Shown piece by piece: positions 16,956 through 36,287 of a stretch of DNA of 64,000 bases. Origin of the DNA: the human T2T-CHM13v2.0 reference genome, Homo sapiens. Numbering within the stretch: position 1 is the first letter of the stretch; each line of letters starts with the position of its first letter. The DNA is taken from NCBI RefSeq assembly GCF_009914755.1, contig NC_060948.1; one strand, written 5' to 3'. The notes below the pieces were generated by a model that ran no database searches, was not told the origin of the DNA, and saw nothing but the letters and a program-made list of their open reading frames with translations. A program made the position numbers and the translations under genes.

Positions 16956-19076
16956 AGATCCATATTTTTTAAATGAAAAAAAATTTCAAAGGTACTCTGC
17001 TTGGTACAATAATCAAATGTATAAACTGAGGAATAAAACATAACCATGAAACCTACTTATAACTGCATATGGAAAATACAGAGGATAATTTTTTAAATAA
17101 CATATTTTGAAAGCCTTAACTAGTAATTTGAAGAGTTGGCATTTGAAAGGCCAGTATGAATATACCTTCAAAGCAGCAACACAGGTTCCCCAGGAGAAAA
17201 AGCAAACACAGGGAAAATAAAAACACAAAGGTTCAATCTCTTCTGACCTTTGAAAGACACAGCACAGACAGTGGTCCTTAGGACGAAGAGCAGGAGACCC
17301 CTAATTCCGTCACCATGGCGATAGGGCATAAACATTGCTGGGTGAGGGCACAATCCACATTGTGAGGTCCAACTGCTGCCAGGAAGACAGGAGTGCTTTT
17401 ACATAGACCGAAAGGTCATTGAAGGCTCAGAGTTTTGTTTCAAGAACTGAATCCCAAGCCCACACGATATTAGGCTGCGCTTCTTAAAACAAGTTATGAG
17501 ATGGGAAAAAGGGCACCCACAAACATACGTATACATTATGTATATAATAATATACAGTATCATATATATAATATATATAACCTATGTATAATATTGTTTT
17601 ACATCCTGCATCTTATGTTATATATATTGTATAAAATATAATAATTGATAATATATAAGTTTTATAATTATACAATATGACATATAGTATATATTATAAT
17701 TTATGACATATATAATATATGTTATATATCATATATAGAATATATTATACGGTTAATATACGTATTAAATATAAATTATACATTATATATATTATATATA
17801 ATATATCTGTTATATATAATACCCATTATGCATAATATATATATTTTGTCTATGTTATATATAGTATAAAACAACATATAATAATATATAATTGTATATA
17901 TAAAATGCGACATATAATATATATTATATTTTATAACATATGTAATATATATTATATATAATACGTTGTATGTATAATACCTATATTAAATATATATTAT
18001 ATGACTATGTTATTAATTACATGTCACATGTGTTATATATTATATATTTTACATAGAATATACCGGTTACATACAATATATACTATGTTACCTATAATGT
18101 ATAATTTATTACATGTAAAATAAAGAATGCAATATATTATGTAAAATTTATAATATACAATATGTGGAATGTGATATATATAACATATAATATATGATAT
18201 ATGATATACAGTATATGATATATAACATACAATATATGATTCCTAATATATATGGTATACAATATATATTTTATGATATATATTCTATATGTTTTATATT
18301 CTGTTATATTTAACTATTTGAAATTATATATAACTGTATAATATTTTATGTAAATATGTAATATAATATATATAACTAGATAATATATTATATATAACTA
18401 TATATTATGTTATATATACTTTTATAACATAATTTACATAAAATATCATAATATAATATATATTATATTATTTCATATTACATAATATATATTACATATC
18501 ACCCAATATAACTAACATACATAATATTATAATATAGATTATATTGTGTTATATTAAATATCATATATATCATGTATCATATATTCTATAATATATATTA
18601 CACATTATATAATATGTATGTTGTCTATTATGTGATATATATAACTATATATATAATTATATTTTTATACATATAACTAGATAAACATGTAATTCTACAT
18701 ATTTTCATTTATAATATGTAGAATTATATAATCATATATAATTATTTATATTCTATAAAAAATTTTATCATTATATAAATTATAATATATAAAAATTATA
18801 ATATGTACTACAAATATATATATTATATATCATATATGATATAGTACCTTTGTTATATATCATAATACATATAAATGTGTATTATGTTATCTATAATTAT
18901 ATAATTTCATATATAAGATGTATAATATGTATCATACATTATATATGTTATGTAATATATATAGTATATATAAGATGACACAGGATAAATATTATATATT
19001 ATGACATATAAAATATATGAGGTTATATGTTACATATAAGGCATAGCACATAACATGTAATATATATCATATATAA

Positions 19077-19368
19077 TTTTTTTTTAGACAGAATCTTGTC
19101 CTGTTGCACAGGGTGGGGTACAATGGTGCCATCTTTGCTCACTGCAACTTCTGCCTCACGGGTCCAAGCGATTGTCCTCCCTCAGCCTCCCAGGTAGCTG
19201 GGACTACACCACACTGGGACTACACCAGCTGCCACCATGCCTAGCTAATTTTTTGGATTTTTAGTAGTGACAGCGTTTCACTGTATTGGCCAGGATGGTC
19301 TTGATCTCTTCACCTTGTGATCCCCTTGCCTTGGCCTCCAAATTTGCTGGGATTACAGGCCTGAGCCA
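19077..19368 (-). mobile_element. Diverged Alu SINE in satellite monomer
   Basis: Near-identical copy; ggtgcc variant at 19127. Confidence 0.95.
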
Positions 19369-21464
19369 AGATCCATATTTTTTAAATGAAAAAAAATTTC
19401 AAAGGTACTCTGCTTGGTACAATAATCAAATGTATAAACTGAGGAATAAAACATAACCATGAAACCTACTTATAACTGCATATGGAAAATACAGAGGATA
19501 ATTTTTTAAATAACATATTTTGAAAGCCTTAACTAGTAATTTGAAGAGTTGGCATTTGAAAGGCCAGTATGAATATACCTTCAAAGCAGCAACACAGGTT
19601 CCCCATGAGAAAAAGCAAACACAGGGAAAATAAAAACACAAAGGTTCAATCTCTTCTGACCTTTGAAAGACACAGCACAGACAGTGGTCCTTAGGACGAA
19701 GAGCAGGAGACCCCTAATTCCGTCACCATGGCGATAGGGCATAAACATTGCTGGATGAGGGCACAATCCACATTGTGAGGTCCAACTGCTGCCAGGAAGA
19801 CAGGAGTGCTTTTACATAGACCGAAAGGTCATTGAAGGCTCAGAGTTTTGTTTCAAGAACTGAATCCCAAGCCCACACGATATTAGGCTGCGCTTCTTAA
19901 AACAAGTTATGAGATGGGAAAAAGGGCACCCACAAACATACGTATACATTATGTATATAATAATATACAGTATCATATATATAATATATATAACCTATGT
20001 ATAATATTGTTTTACATCCTGCATCTTATGTTATATATATTGTATAAAATATAATAATTGATAATATATAAGTTTTATATTTATACAATATGACATATAG
20101 TATATATTATAATTTATGACATATATAATATATGTTATATATCATATATGGAATATATTATACGGTTAATATACGTATTAAATATAAATTATACATTATA
20201 TATATTATATATGATATGTCTGTTATATATAATACCCATTATGCATAATATATATATTATGTCTACGTTATATATAGTATAAAACAACATATAATAATAT
20301 ATAATTGTATATATAAAATGCGACATATAATATATATTATATTTTATAACATATGTAATATATATTATATATTATATATAATACGTTGTATGTATAATAC
20401 CTATATTAAATATATATTATATGACTATGTTATTAATTACATGTCACATGTGTTATATATTATATATTTCACATAGAATATACCGGTTACATACAATATA
20501 TACTATGTTACCTATAATGTATAATTTATTACATGTAAAATAAAGAATGCAATATATTATGCATAATTTATAATATACAATATGTGGAATGTGATATATG
20601 TAACATATAATATATGATATATGATATACAGTATATGATATATAACATACAATATATGATTCCTAATATATATGGTATACAATATATATTTTATGATATG
20701 TATTCTATATGTTTTATATTCTGTTATATATAACTATTTGAAATTATATATAACTGTATAATATTTTATGTAAATATGTAATATAATATATATAACTATA
20801 TAATATATTATATATAACTATATATTATGTTATATATACTTTTATAACATAATTTACATAAAATATCATAATATAATATATATTATATTATTTCATATTA
20901 CATAATATATATTACATATCACCCAATATAACTAACATACATAATATTATAATATAGATTATATTATGTTATATTAAATATCATATATATCATGTATCAT
21001 ATATTCTATAATATATATTACACATTATATAATATGTATGTTGTCTATTATGTGATATATATAACTATATATAATTATATTTTTATACATATAACTAGAT
21101 AAACATGTAATTCTACATATTTTCATTTATAATATGTAGAATTATATAATCATATATAATTATTTATATTCTATAAAAAATTTTATCATTATATAAATTA
21201 TAATATATAAAAATTATAATATGTACTACAAATATATATATCATATATGATATAGTACCTTTGTTATATATCATAATACATATAAATATGTATTATGTTA
21301 TCTATAATTATATAATTTCATATATAAGATGTATAATATGTATCATATATTATATATGTTATGTAATATATATAGTATATATAAGATGACACAGGATAAA
21401 TATTATATACTATGACATATAAAATATATGAGGTTATATGTTACATATAAGGCATAGCACATAA

Positions 21465-21779
<315 letters not shown>

Positions 21780-23900
21780 AGATCCATATTTTTTAAATGA
21801 AAAAAAATTTCAAAGGTACTCTGCTTGGTACAATAATCAAATGTATAAACTGAGGAATAAAACATAACCATGAAACCTACTTATAACTGCATATGGAAAA
21901 TACAGAGGATAATTTTTTAAATAACATATTTTGAAAGCCTTAACTAGTAATTTGAAGAGTTGGCATTTGAAAGGCCAGTATGAATATACCTTCAAAGCAG
22001 CAACACAGGTTCCCCAGGAGAAAAAGCAAACACAGGGAAAATAAAAACACAAAGGTTCAATCTCTTCTGACCTTTGAAAGACACAGCACAGACAGTGGTC
22101 CTTAGGACGAAGAGCAGGAGACCCCTAATTCCGTCACCATGGCGATAGGGCATAAACATTGCTGGGTGAGGGCACAATCCACATTGTGAGGTCCAACTGC
22201 TGCCAGGAAGACAGGAGTGCTTTTACATAGACCGAAAGGTCATTGAAGGCTCAGAGTTTTGTTTCAAGAACTGAATCCCAAGCCCACACGATATTAGGCT
22301 GCGCTTCTTAAAACAAGTTATGAGATGGGAAAAAGGGCACCCACAAACATACGTATACATTATGTATATAATAATATACAGTATCATATATATAATATAT
22401 ATAACCTATGTATAATATTGTTTTACATCCTGCATCTTATGTTATATATATTGTATAAAATATAATAATTGATAATATATAAGTTTTATAATTATACAAT
22501 ATGACATATAGTATATATTATAATTTATGACATATATAATATATGTTATATATCATATATAGAATATATTATACGGTTAATATACGTATTAAATATAAAT
22601 TATACATTATATATATTATATATAATATATCTGTTATATATAATACCCATTATGCATAATATATATATTTTGTCTATGTTATATATAGTATAAAACAACA
22701 TATAATAATATATAATTGTATATATAAAATGCGACATATAATATATATTATATTTTATAACATATGTAATATATATTATATATAATACGTTGTATGTATA
22801 ATACCTATATTAAATATATATTATATGACTATGTTATTAATTACATGTCACATGTGTTATATATTATATATTTTACATAGAATATACCGGTTACATACAA
22901 TATATACTATGTTACCTATAATGTATAATTTATTACATGTAAAATAAAGAATGCAATATATTATGTAAAATTTATAATATACAATATGTGGAATGTGATA
23001 TATATAACATATAATATATGATATATGATATACAGTATATGATATATAACATACAATATATGATTCCTAATATATATGGTATACAATATATATTTTATGA
23101 TATATATTCTATATGTTTTATATTCTGTTATATTTAACTATTTGAAATTATATATAACTGTATAATATTTTATGTAAATATGTAATATAATATATATAAC
23201 TAGATAATATATTATATATAACTATATATTATGTTATATATACTTTTATAACATAATTTACATAAAATATCATAATATAATATATATTATATTATTTCAT
23301 ATTACATAATATATATTACATATCACCCAATATAACTAACATACATAATATTATAATATAGATTATATTGTGTTATATTAAATATCATATATATCATGTA
23401 TCATATATTCTATAATATATATTACACATTATATAATATGTATGTTGTCTATTATGTGATATATATAACTATATATATAATTATATTTTTATACATATAA
23501 CTAGATAAACATGTAATTCTACATATTTTCATTTATAATATGTAGAATTATATAATCATATATAATTATTTATATTCTATAAAAAATTTTATCATTATAT
23601 AAATTATAATATATAAAAATTATAATATGTACTACAAATATATATATTATATATCATATATGATATAGTACCTTTGTTATATATCATAATACATATAAAT
23701 GTGTATTATGTTATCTATAATTATATAATTTCATATATAAGATGTATAATATGTATCATACATTATATATGTTATGTAATATATATAGTATATATAAGAT
23801 GACACAGGATAAATATTATATATTATGACATATAAAATATATGAGGTTATATGTTACATATAAGGCATAGCACATAACATGTAATATATATCATATATAA

Positions 23901-24192
23901 TTTTTTTTTAGACAGAATCTTGTCCTGTTGCACAGGGTGGGGTACAATGGTGCCATCTTTGCTCACTGCAACTTCTGCCTCACGGGTCCAAGCGATTGTC
24001 CTCCCTCAGCCTCCCAGGTAGCTGGGACTACACCACACTGGGACTACACCAGCTGCCACCATGCCTAGCTAATTTTTTGGATTTTTAGTAGTGACAGCGT
24101 TTCACTGTATTGGCCAGGATGGTCTTGATCTCTTCACCTTGTGATCCCCTTGCCTTGGCCTCCAAATTTGCTGGGATTACAGGCCTGAGCCA
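23901..24192 (-). mobile_element. Diverged Alu SINE in satellite monomer
   Basis: Near-identical copy; ggtgcc variant at 23951. Confidence 0.95.
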
Positions 24193-26290
24193 AGATCCAT
24201 ATTTTTTAAATGAAAAAAAATTTCAAAGGTACTCTGCTTGGTACAATAATCAAATGTATAAACTGAGGAATAAAACATAACCATGAAACCTACTTATAAC
24301 TGCATATGGAAAATACAGAGGATAATTTTTTAAATAACATATTTTGAAAGCCTTAACTAGTAATTTGAAGAGTTGGCATTTGAAAGGCCAGTATGAATAT
24401 ACCTTCAAAGCAGCAACACAGGTTCCCCATGAGAAAAAGCAAACACAGGGAAAATAAAAACACAAAGGTTCAATCTCTTCTGACCTTTGAAAGACACAGC
24501 ACAGACAGTGGTCCTTAGGACGAAGAGCAGGAGACCCCTAATTCCGTCACCATGGCGATAGGGCATAAACATTGCTGGGTGAGGGCACAATCCATATTGT
24601 GAGGTCCAACTGCTGCCAGGAAGACAGGAGTGCTTTTACATAGACCGAAAGGTCATTGAAGGCTCAGAGTTTTGTTTCAAGAACTGAATTCCAAGCCCAC
24701 ACGTTATTAGGCTGCGCTTCTTAAAACAAGTTATGAGATGGGAAAAAGGGCACCCACAAACATACGTATACATTATGTATATAATAATATACAGTATCAT
24801 ATATATAATATATATAACCTATGTATAATATTGTTTTACATCCTGCATCTTATGTTATATATATTGTATAAAATATAATAATTGATAATATATAAGTTTT
24901 ATAATTATACAATATGACATATAGTATATATTATAATTTATGACATATATAATATATGTTATATATCATATATAGAATATATTATACGGTTAATATACGT
25001 ATTAAATATAAATTATACATTATATATATTATATATAATATATCTGATATATATAATACCCATTATGCATAATATATATATTATGTCTATGTTATATATA
25101 GTATAAAACAACATATAATAATATATAATTGTATATATAAAATGCGACATATAATATATATTATATTTTATAACATATATAATATATATTATATATAATA
25201 CGTTGTATGTATAATACCTATATTAAATATATATTATATGACTATGTTATTAATTACATGTCACATGTGTTATATATTATATATTTTACATAGAATATAC
25301 CGGTTACATACAATATATACTATGTTACCTATAATGTATAATTTATTACATGTAAAATAAAGAATGCAATATATTATGTAAAATTTATAATATACAATAT
25401 GTGGAATGTGATATATATAACATATAATATATGATATATGATATACAGTATATGATATATAACATACAATATATGATTCCTAATATATATGGTATACAAT
25501 ATATATTTTATGATATGTATTCTATATGTTTTATATTCTGTTATATTTAACTATTTGAAATTATATATAACTGTATAATATTTTATATAAATATGTAATA
25601 TAATATATATAACTATATAATATATTATATATAACTATATATTATGTTATATATACTTTTATAACATAATTTACATAAAATATCATAATATAATATATAT
25701 TATATTATTTCATATTACATAATATATATTACATATCACCCAATATAACTAACATACATAATATTATAGTATAGATTATATTGTGTTATATTAAATATCA
25801 TATATATCATGTATCATATATTCTATAATATATATTACACATTATATAATATGTATGTTGTCTATTATGTGATATATATAACTATATATATAATTATATT
25901 TTTATACATATAACTAGATAAACATGTAATTCTACATATTTTCAGTTATAATATGTAGAATTATATAATCATATATAATTATTTATATTCTATAAAAAAT
26001 TTTATCATTATATAAATTATAATATATAAAAATTATAATATGTACTACAAATATATATATTATATATCATATATGATATAGTACCTTTCTTATATTTCAT
26101 AATACATATAAATGTGTATTATGTTATCTATAATTATATAATTTCATATATAAGATGTATAATATGTATCATATATTATATATGTTATGTAATATATATA
26201 GTATATATAAGATGACACAGGATAAATATTATATACTATGACATATAAAATATATGAGGTTATATGTTACATATAAGGCATAGCACATAA

Positions 26291-26605
<315 letters not shown>

Positions 26606-28710
26606 AGATCCATATTTTTTAAATGAAAAAAAATTTCAAAGGTACTCTGCTTGGTACAATAATCAAATGTATAAACTGAGGAATAAAACATAACCATGAA
26701 ACCTACTTATAACTGCATATGGAAAATACAGAGGATAATTTTTTAAATAACATATTTTGAAAGCCTTAACTAGTAATTTGAAGAGTTGGCATTTGAAAGG
26801 CCAGTATGAATATACCTTCAAAGCAGCAACACAGGTTCCCCAGGAGAAAAAGCAAACACAGGGAAAATAAAAACACAAAGGTTCAATCTCTTCTGACCTT
26901 TGAAAGACACAGCACAGACAGTGGTCCTTAGGACGAAGAGCAGGAGACCCCTAATTCCGTCACCATGGCGATAGGGCATAAACATTGCTGGGTGAGGGCA
27001 CAATCCACATTGTGAGGTCCAACTGCTGCCAGGAAGACAGGAGTGCTTTTACATAGACCGAAACGTCATTGAAGGCTCAGAGTTTTGTTTCAAGAACTGA
27101 ATCCCAAGCCCACACGTTATTAGGCTTCGCTTCTTAAAACAAGTTATGAGATGGGAAAAAGGGCACCCACAAACATACGTATACATTATGTATATAATAA
27201 TATACAGTATCATATATATAATATATATAACCTATGTATAATATTGTTTTACATCCTGCATCTTATGTTATATATATTGTATAAAATATAATAATTGATA
27301 ATATATAAGTTTTATAATTATACAATATGACATATAGTATATATTATAATTTATGACGTATACAATATATGTTATATGTCATATATAGAATATATTATAC
27401 GGTTAATATACGTATTAAATATAAATTATACATTATATATATTATATATAATATATCTGTTATATATAATACCCATTATGCATAATATATATATTATGCC
27501 TATGTTATATATAGTATAAAACAACATATAATAATATATAATTGTATATATAAAATGCGACATATAATATATATTATATTTTATATCATATGTAATATAT
27601 ATTATATATTATATATAATACGTTGTATGTATAATACCTATATTAAATATATATTATGTGACTATGTTATTAATTACATGTCACATGTGTTATATATTAT
27701 ATATTTTACATAGAATATACCGGTTACATACAATATATACTATGTTACCTATAATGTATAATTTATTACATGTAAAATAAAGAATGCAATATATTATGTA
27801 TATTTTATAATATACCATATGTGGAATGTGATATATATAACATATAATATATGATATATGATATACAGTATATGATATATAACATACAATAGATGATTCC
27901 TAATATATATGGTATACAATATATATTTTATGATATGAATTCTATATGTTTTATATTCTGTTATATATAACTATTTGAAATTATATATAACTGTATAATA
28001 TTTTATGTAAATATGTAATATAATATATATAACTATATAATATATTATATATAACTATATATTATGTTATATATACTTTTATAACATAATTTACATAAAA
28101 TATCATAATATAATATATATTATATTATTTCATATTACATAATATATATTACATATCACCCAATATAACTAACAAACATAATATTATAATATAGATTATA
28201 TTGTGTTATATTAAATATCATATATATCATGTATCATATATTCTATAATATATATTACACATTATATAATATGTATGTTGTCTATTATGTGATATATATA
28301 ACTATATATATAATTATATTTTTATACATATAACTAGATAAACATGTAATTCTACATATTATCATTTATAATATGTAGAATTATATAATCATATATAATT
28401 ATTTATATTCTATAAAAAATTTTATCATTATATAAATTATAATATATAAAAATTATAATATGTACTACAAATATACATATTATATATCATATATGATATA
28501 GTACCTTTGTTATATATCATAATACATATAAAAGTGTATTATGTTATCTATAATTATATAATTTCATATATAAGATGTATAATATGTATCATATATTATA
28601 TATGTTATGTAATATATATAGTATATATAAGATGACACAGGATAAATATTATATACTATGACATATAAAATATATGAGGTTATATGTTACATATAAGGCA
28701 TAGCACATAA

Positions 28711-29025
<315 letters not shown>

Positions 29026-31153
29026 AGATCCATATTTTTTAAATGAAAAAAAATTTCGAAGGTACTCTGCTTGGTACAATAATCAAATGTATAAACTGAG
29101 GAATAAAACATAACCATGAAACCTACTTATAACTGCATATGGAAAATACAGAGGATAATTTTTTAAATAACATATTTTGAAAGCCTTAACTAGTAATTTG
29201 AAGAGTTGGCATTTGAAAGGCCAGTATGAATATACCTTCAAAGCAGCAACACAGGTTCCCCATGAGAAAAAGCAAACACAGGGAAAATAAAAACACAAAG
29301 GTTCAATCTCTTCTGACCTTTGAAAGACACAGCACAGACAGTGGTCCTTAGGACGAAGAGCAGGAGACCCCTAATTCCGTCACCATGGCGATAGGGCATA
29401 AACATTGCTGGGTGAGGGCACAATCCACATTGTGAGGTCCAACTGCTGCCAGGAAGACAGGAGTGCTTTTACATAGACCGAAAGGTCATTGAAGGCTCAG
29501 AGTTTTGTTTCAAGAACTGAATCCCAAGCCCACACGTTATTAGGCTGCGCTTCTTAAAACAAGTTATGAGATGGGAAAAAGGGCACCCACAAACATACGT
29601 ATACATTATGTATATAATAATATACAGTATCATATATATAATATACATAACCTATGTATAATATTGTTTTACATCCTGCATCTTATGTTATATATATTGT
29701 ATAAAATATAATAATTGATAATATATAAGTTTTATAATTATACAATATGACATATAGTATATATTATAATTTATGACATATATAATATATGTTATATGTC
29801 ATATATAGAATATATTATACGGTTAATATACGTATTAAATATAAATTATACTTTATATATATTATATATAATATATCTGTTATATATAATGCCCATTTTG
29901 CATAATATATATATTATGCCTATGTTATATATAGTATAAAACAACATATAATAATATATAATTGTATATATAAAATGCGACATATAATATATATTATATT
30001 TTATATCATATGTAATATATATTATATATTATATATAATACATTGTATGTATAATACCTATATTAAATATATATTACATGACTATGTTATTAATTACATG
30101 TCACATGTGTTATATATTATATATTTTACACAGAATATACCGGTTACATACAATATATACTATGTTACCTATAATGTATAATTTATTAAATGTAAAATAA
30201 AGAATGCAATATATTATGTATAATTTATAATATACCATATGTGGAATGTGATATATATAACATATAATATATGATATATGATATACAGTATATGATATAT
30301 AACATACAATATACGATTCCTAATATATATGGTATACAATATATATTTTATGATATGTATTCTATATGTTTTATATTCTGTTATATATAACTATTTGAAA
30401 TTATATATAACTGTATAATATTTTATGTAAATATGTAATATAATATATATAACTATATAATATATTATATATAACTATATATTATGTTATATATACTTTT
30501 ATAACATAATTTACATAAAATATCATAATATAATATATATTATATTATTTCATATTACATAATATATATTACATATCACCCAATATAACTAACATAGATA
30601 ATATTATAATATAGATTATATTATGTTATATTAAATATCATATATATCATGTACCATATATTCTATAATATATATTACACATTATATAATATGTATGTTG
30701 TCTATTATGTGATATATTTAACTATATATATAATTATATTTTTATACATATAACTAGATAAACATGTAATTCTACATATTTTCATTTATAATATGTAGAA
30801 TTATATAATCATATATAATTATTTATATTCTATAAAAAATTTTATCATTATATAAATTATAATATATAAAAATTATAATATGTACTACAAATATATATAT
30901 TATATATCATATATGATATAGTACCTTTGTTATATATCATAATACATATAAATGTGTATTATGTTATCTATAATTATATAATTTCATATATAAGATGTAT
31001 AATATGTATCATATATTATATATGTTATGTAATATATATAGTATATATAAGATGACACAGGATAAATATTATATACTATGACATATAAAATATATCAGGT
31101 TATATGTTACATATAAGGCATAGCACATAACATGTAATATATATCATATATAA

Positions 31154-31445
31154 TTTTTTTTTAGACAGAATCTTGTCCTGTTGCACAGTGTGGGGTACAA
31201 TGGCGCCATCTTTGCTCACTGCAACTTCTGCCTCACGGGTCCAAGCGATTGTCCTCCCTCAGCCTCCCAGGTAGCTGGGACTACACCACACTGGGACTAC
31301 ACCAGCTGCCACCATGCCTAGCTAATTATTTGGATTTTTATTAGTGACAGCGTTTCACTGTATTGGCCAGGATGGTCTTGATCTCTTCACCTTGTGATCC
31401 CCTTGCCTTGGCCTCCAAATTTGCTGGGATTACAGGCCTGAGCCA
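31154..31445 (-). mobile_element. Diverged Alu SINE in satellite monomer
   Basis: Near-identical copy of 2159-2449. Confidence 0.95.
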
Positions 31446-33573
31446 AGATCCATATTTTTTAAATGAAAAAAAATTTCAAAGGTACTCTGCTTGGTACAAT
31501 AATCAAATGTATAAACTGAGGAATAAAACATAACCATGAAACCTACTTATAACTGCATATGGAAAATACAGAGGATAATTTTTTAAATAACATATTTTGA
31601 AAGCCTTAACTAGTAATTTGAAGAGCTGGCATTTGAAAGGCCAGTATGAATATACCTTCAAAGCAGCAACACAGGTTCCCCATGAGAAAAAGCAAACACA
31701 GGGAAAATAAAAACACAAAGGTTCAATCTCTTCTGACCTTTGAAAGACACAGCACAGACAGTGGTCCTTAGGACGAAGAGCAGGAGACCCCTAATTCCGT
31801 CACCATGGCGATAGGGCATAAACATTGCTGGGTGAGGGCACAATCCACATTGTGAGGTCCAACTGCTGCCAGGAAGACAGGAGTGCTTTTACATAGACCG
31901 AAAGGTCATTGAAGGCTCAGAGTTTTGTTTCAAGAACTGAATCCCAAGCCCACACGTTATTAGGCTGCGCTTCTTAAAACAAGTTATGAGATGGGAAAAA
32001 GGGCACCCACAAACATACGTATACATTATGTATATAATAATATACAGTATCATATATATAATATATATAACCTATGTATAATATTGTTTTACATCCTGCA
32101 TCTTATGTTATATATATTGTATAAAATATAATAATTGATAATATATAAGTTTTATAATTATACAATATGACATATAGTATATATTATAATTTATGACATA
32201 TATAATATATGTTATATGTCATATATAGAATATATTATACGGTTAATATACGTATTAAATATAAATTATACATTATATATATTATATATAATATATCTGT
32301 TATGTATAATGCCCATTATGCATAATATATATATTATGTCTATGTTATATATAGTATAAAACAACATATAATAATATATAATTGTATATATAAAATGCGA
32401 CATATAATATATATTATATTTTATAACATATGTAATATATATTATATATTATATATAATACATTGTATGTATAATACCTATATTAAATATATATTATATG
32501 AATATGTTATTAATTACATGTCACATGTGTTATATATTATATATTTTACATAGAATATACCGGTTACATACAATATATACTATGTTACCTATAATGAATA
32601 ATTTATTACATGTAAAATAAAGAATGCAATATATTATGTATAATTTATAATATACCATATGTGGAATGTGATATATATAACATATAATATATGATATATG
32701 ATATACAGTATATGATATATAACATACAATATATGATTCCTAATATATATGGTATACAATATATATTTTATGATATGTATTCTATATGTTTTATATTCTG
32801 TTATATATAACTATTTGAAATTATATATAACTGTATAATATTTTATGTAAATATGTAATATAATATATATAACTATATAATATATTATATATAACTATAT
32901 ATTATGTTATATATACTTTTATAACATAATTTACATAAAATATCATAATATAGTATATATTATATTATTTCATATTACATAATATATATTACGTATCACC
33001 GAATATAACTAACATACATAATATTATAATATAGATTATATTGTGTTATATTAAATATCATATATATCATGTATCATATATTCTATAATATATATTACAC
33101 ATTATATAATATGTATGTTGTCTATTATGTGATATATATAACTATATATAATTATATTTTTATACATATAACTAGATAAACATGTAATTCTACATATTTT
33201 CATTTATAATATGTAGAATTATTTAATCATATATAATTATTTATATTCTATAAAATATTTTATCATTATATAAATTATAATATATATAAATTATAATATG
33301 TACTACAAATATATATATATTATATATCATATATGATATAGTACCTTTGTTATATATCATAATACATATAAATGTGTATTATGTTATCTATAATTATATA
33401 ATTTCATATATAAGATGTATAATATGTATCATATATTATATATTTTATGTAATATATATAGTATATATAAGATGACACAGGATAAATATTATATACTATG
33501 ACATATAAAATATATCAGGTTATATGTTACATATAAGGCATAGCACATAACATGTAATATATATCATATATAA

Positions 33574-33865
33574 TTTTTTTTTAGACAGAATCTTGTCGTG
33601 TTGCACAGGGTGGGGTACAATGGCGCCATCTTTGCTCACTGCAACTTCTGCCTCACGGGTCCAAGCGATGGTCCTCCCTCAGCCTCCCAGGTAGCTGGGA
33701 CTACACCACACTGGGACTACACCAGCTGCCACCATGCCTAGCTAATTTTTTGGATTTTTAATAGTGACAGCGTTTCACTGTATTGGCCAGGATGGTCTTG
33801 ATCTCTTCACCTTGTGATCCCCTTGCCTTGGCCTCCAAATTTGCTGGGATTACAGGCCTGAGCCA
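33574..33865 (-). mobile_element. Diverged Alu SINE in satellite monomer
   Basis: Near-identical copy of 2159-2449. Confidence 0.95.
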
Positions 33866-35972
33866 AGATCCATATTTTTTAAATGAAAAAAAATTTCAAA
33901 GGTACTCTGCTTGGTACAATAATCAAATGTATAAACTGAGGAATAAAACATAACCATGAAACCTACTTATAACTGCATATGGAAAATACAGAGGATAATT
34001 TTTTAAATAACATATTTTGAAAGCCTTAACTAGTAATTTGAAGAGTTGGCATTTGAAAGGCCAGTATGAATATACCTTCAAAGCAGCAACACAGGTTCCC
34101 CATGAGAAAAAGCAAGCACAGGGAAAACAAAAACACAAAGGTTCAATCTCTTCTGACCTTTGAAAGACACAGCACAGACAGTGGTCCTTAGGACGAAGAG
34201 CAGGAGACCCCGAATTCCGTCACCATGGCGATAGGGCATAAACATTGCTGGGTGAGGGCACAATCCACATTGTGAGGTCCAACTGCTGCCAGGAAGACAG
34301 GAGTGCTTTTACATAGACCGAAAGGTCATTGAAGGCTCAGAGTTTTGTTTCAAGAACTGAATCCCAAGCCCACACGTTATTAGGCTGCGCCTCTTAAAAC
34401 AAGTTATGAGATGGGAAAAAGGGCACCCACAAACATACGTATACATTATGTATATAATAATATACAGTATCATATATATAATATATATAACCTATGTATA
34501 ATACTGTTTTACATCCTGCATCTTATGTTATATATATTGTATAAAATATAATAATTGATAATATATAAGTTTTATAATTATACAATATGACATATAGTAT
34601 ATATTATAATTTATGACATATATAATATATGTTATATGTCATATATAGAATATATTATACGGTTAATATACGTATTAAATATAAATTATACATTATATAT
34701 ATTATATATAATATATCTGTTATGTATAATGCCCATTATGCATAATATATATATTATGTCTATGTTATATATAGTATAAAACAACATATAATAATATATA
34801 ATTGTATATATAAAATGCGACATATAATATATATTATATTTTATAACATATGTAATATATATTATATATTATATATAATACGTTGTATGTATAATACCTA
34901 TATTAAATATATATTATATAAATATGTTATTAATTACATGTCACATGTGTTATATATTATATATTTTACATAGAATATACCGGTTACATACAATATATAC
35001 TATGTTACCTATAATGTATAATTTATTACATGTAAAATAAAGAATGCAATATATTATGTATAATTTATAATATACCATATGTGGAATGTGATATATATAA
35101 CATATAATATATGATATATGATATACAGTATATGATATATAACATACAATATATGATTCCTAATATATATGGTATACAATATATATTTTATGATATGTAT
35201 TCTATATGTTTTATATTCTGTTATATATAACTATTTGAAATTATATATAACTGTATAATATTTTATGTAAATATGTAATATAATATATATAACTATATAA
35301 TATATTATATATAACTATATATTATGTTATATATACTTTTATAACATAATTTACATAAAATATCATAATATAGTATATATTATATTATTTCATATTACTT
35401 AATATATATTACATATCACCGAATATAACTAACATACATAATATTATAATATAGATTATATTGTGTTATATTAAATATCATATATATCATGTATCATATA
35501 TTCTATAATATATATTACACATTATATAATATGTATGTTGTCTATTATGTGATATATATAACTATATATATAATTATATTTTTATACATATAACTAGATA
35601 AACATGTAATTCTACATATTTTCATTTATAATATGTAGAATTATATAATCATATATAATTATTTATATTCTATAAAAAATTTTATCATTATATAAATTAT
35701 AATATATAAAAATTATAATATGTACTACAAATATATATATATTATATATCATATATGATATAGTACCTTTGTTATATATCATAATACATATAAATGTGTA
35801 TTATGTTATCTATAATTATATAATTTCATATATAAGATGTATAATATGTATCATATATTATATATGTTATGTAATATATATAGTATATATAAGATGACAC
35901 AGGATAAATATTATATACTATGACATATAAAATATATGAGGTTATATGTTACATATAAGGCATAGCACATAA

Positions 35973-36287
<315 letters not shown>

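Noticed and set aside
29975-30181. Ile/Tyr-rich ORFs in the AT block (also 41817-42041 and 58739-58963)
   Set aside because: These are translations of (AT)n-like sequence opened by chance loss of a stop codon. They are useful only as lineage markers.
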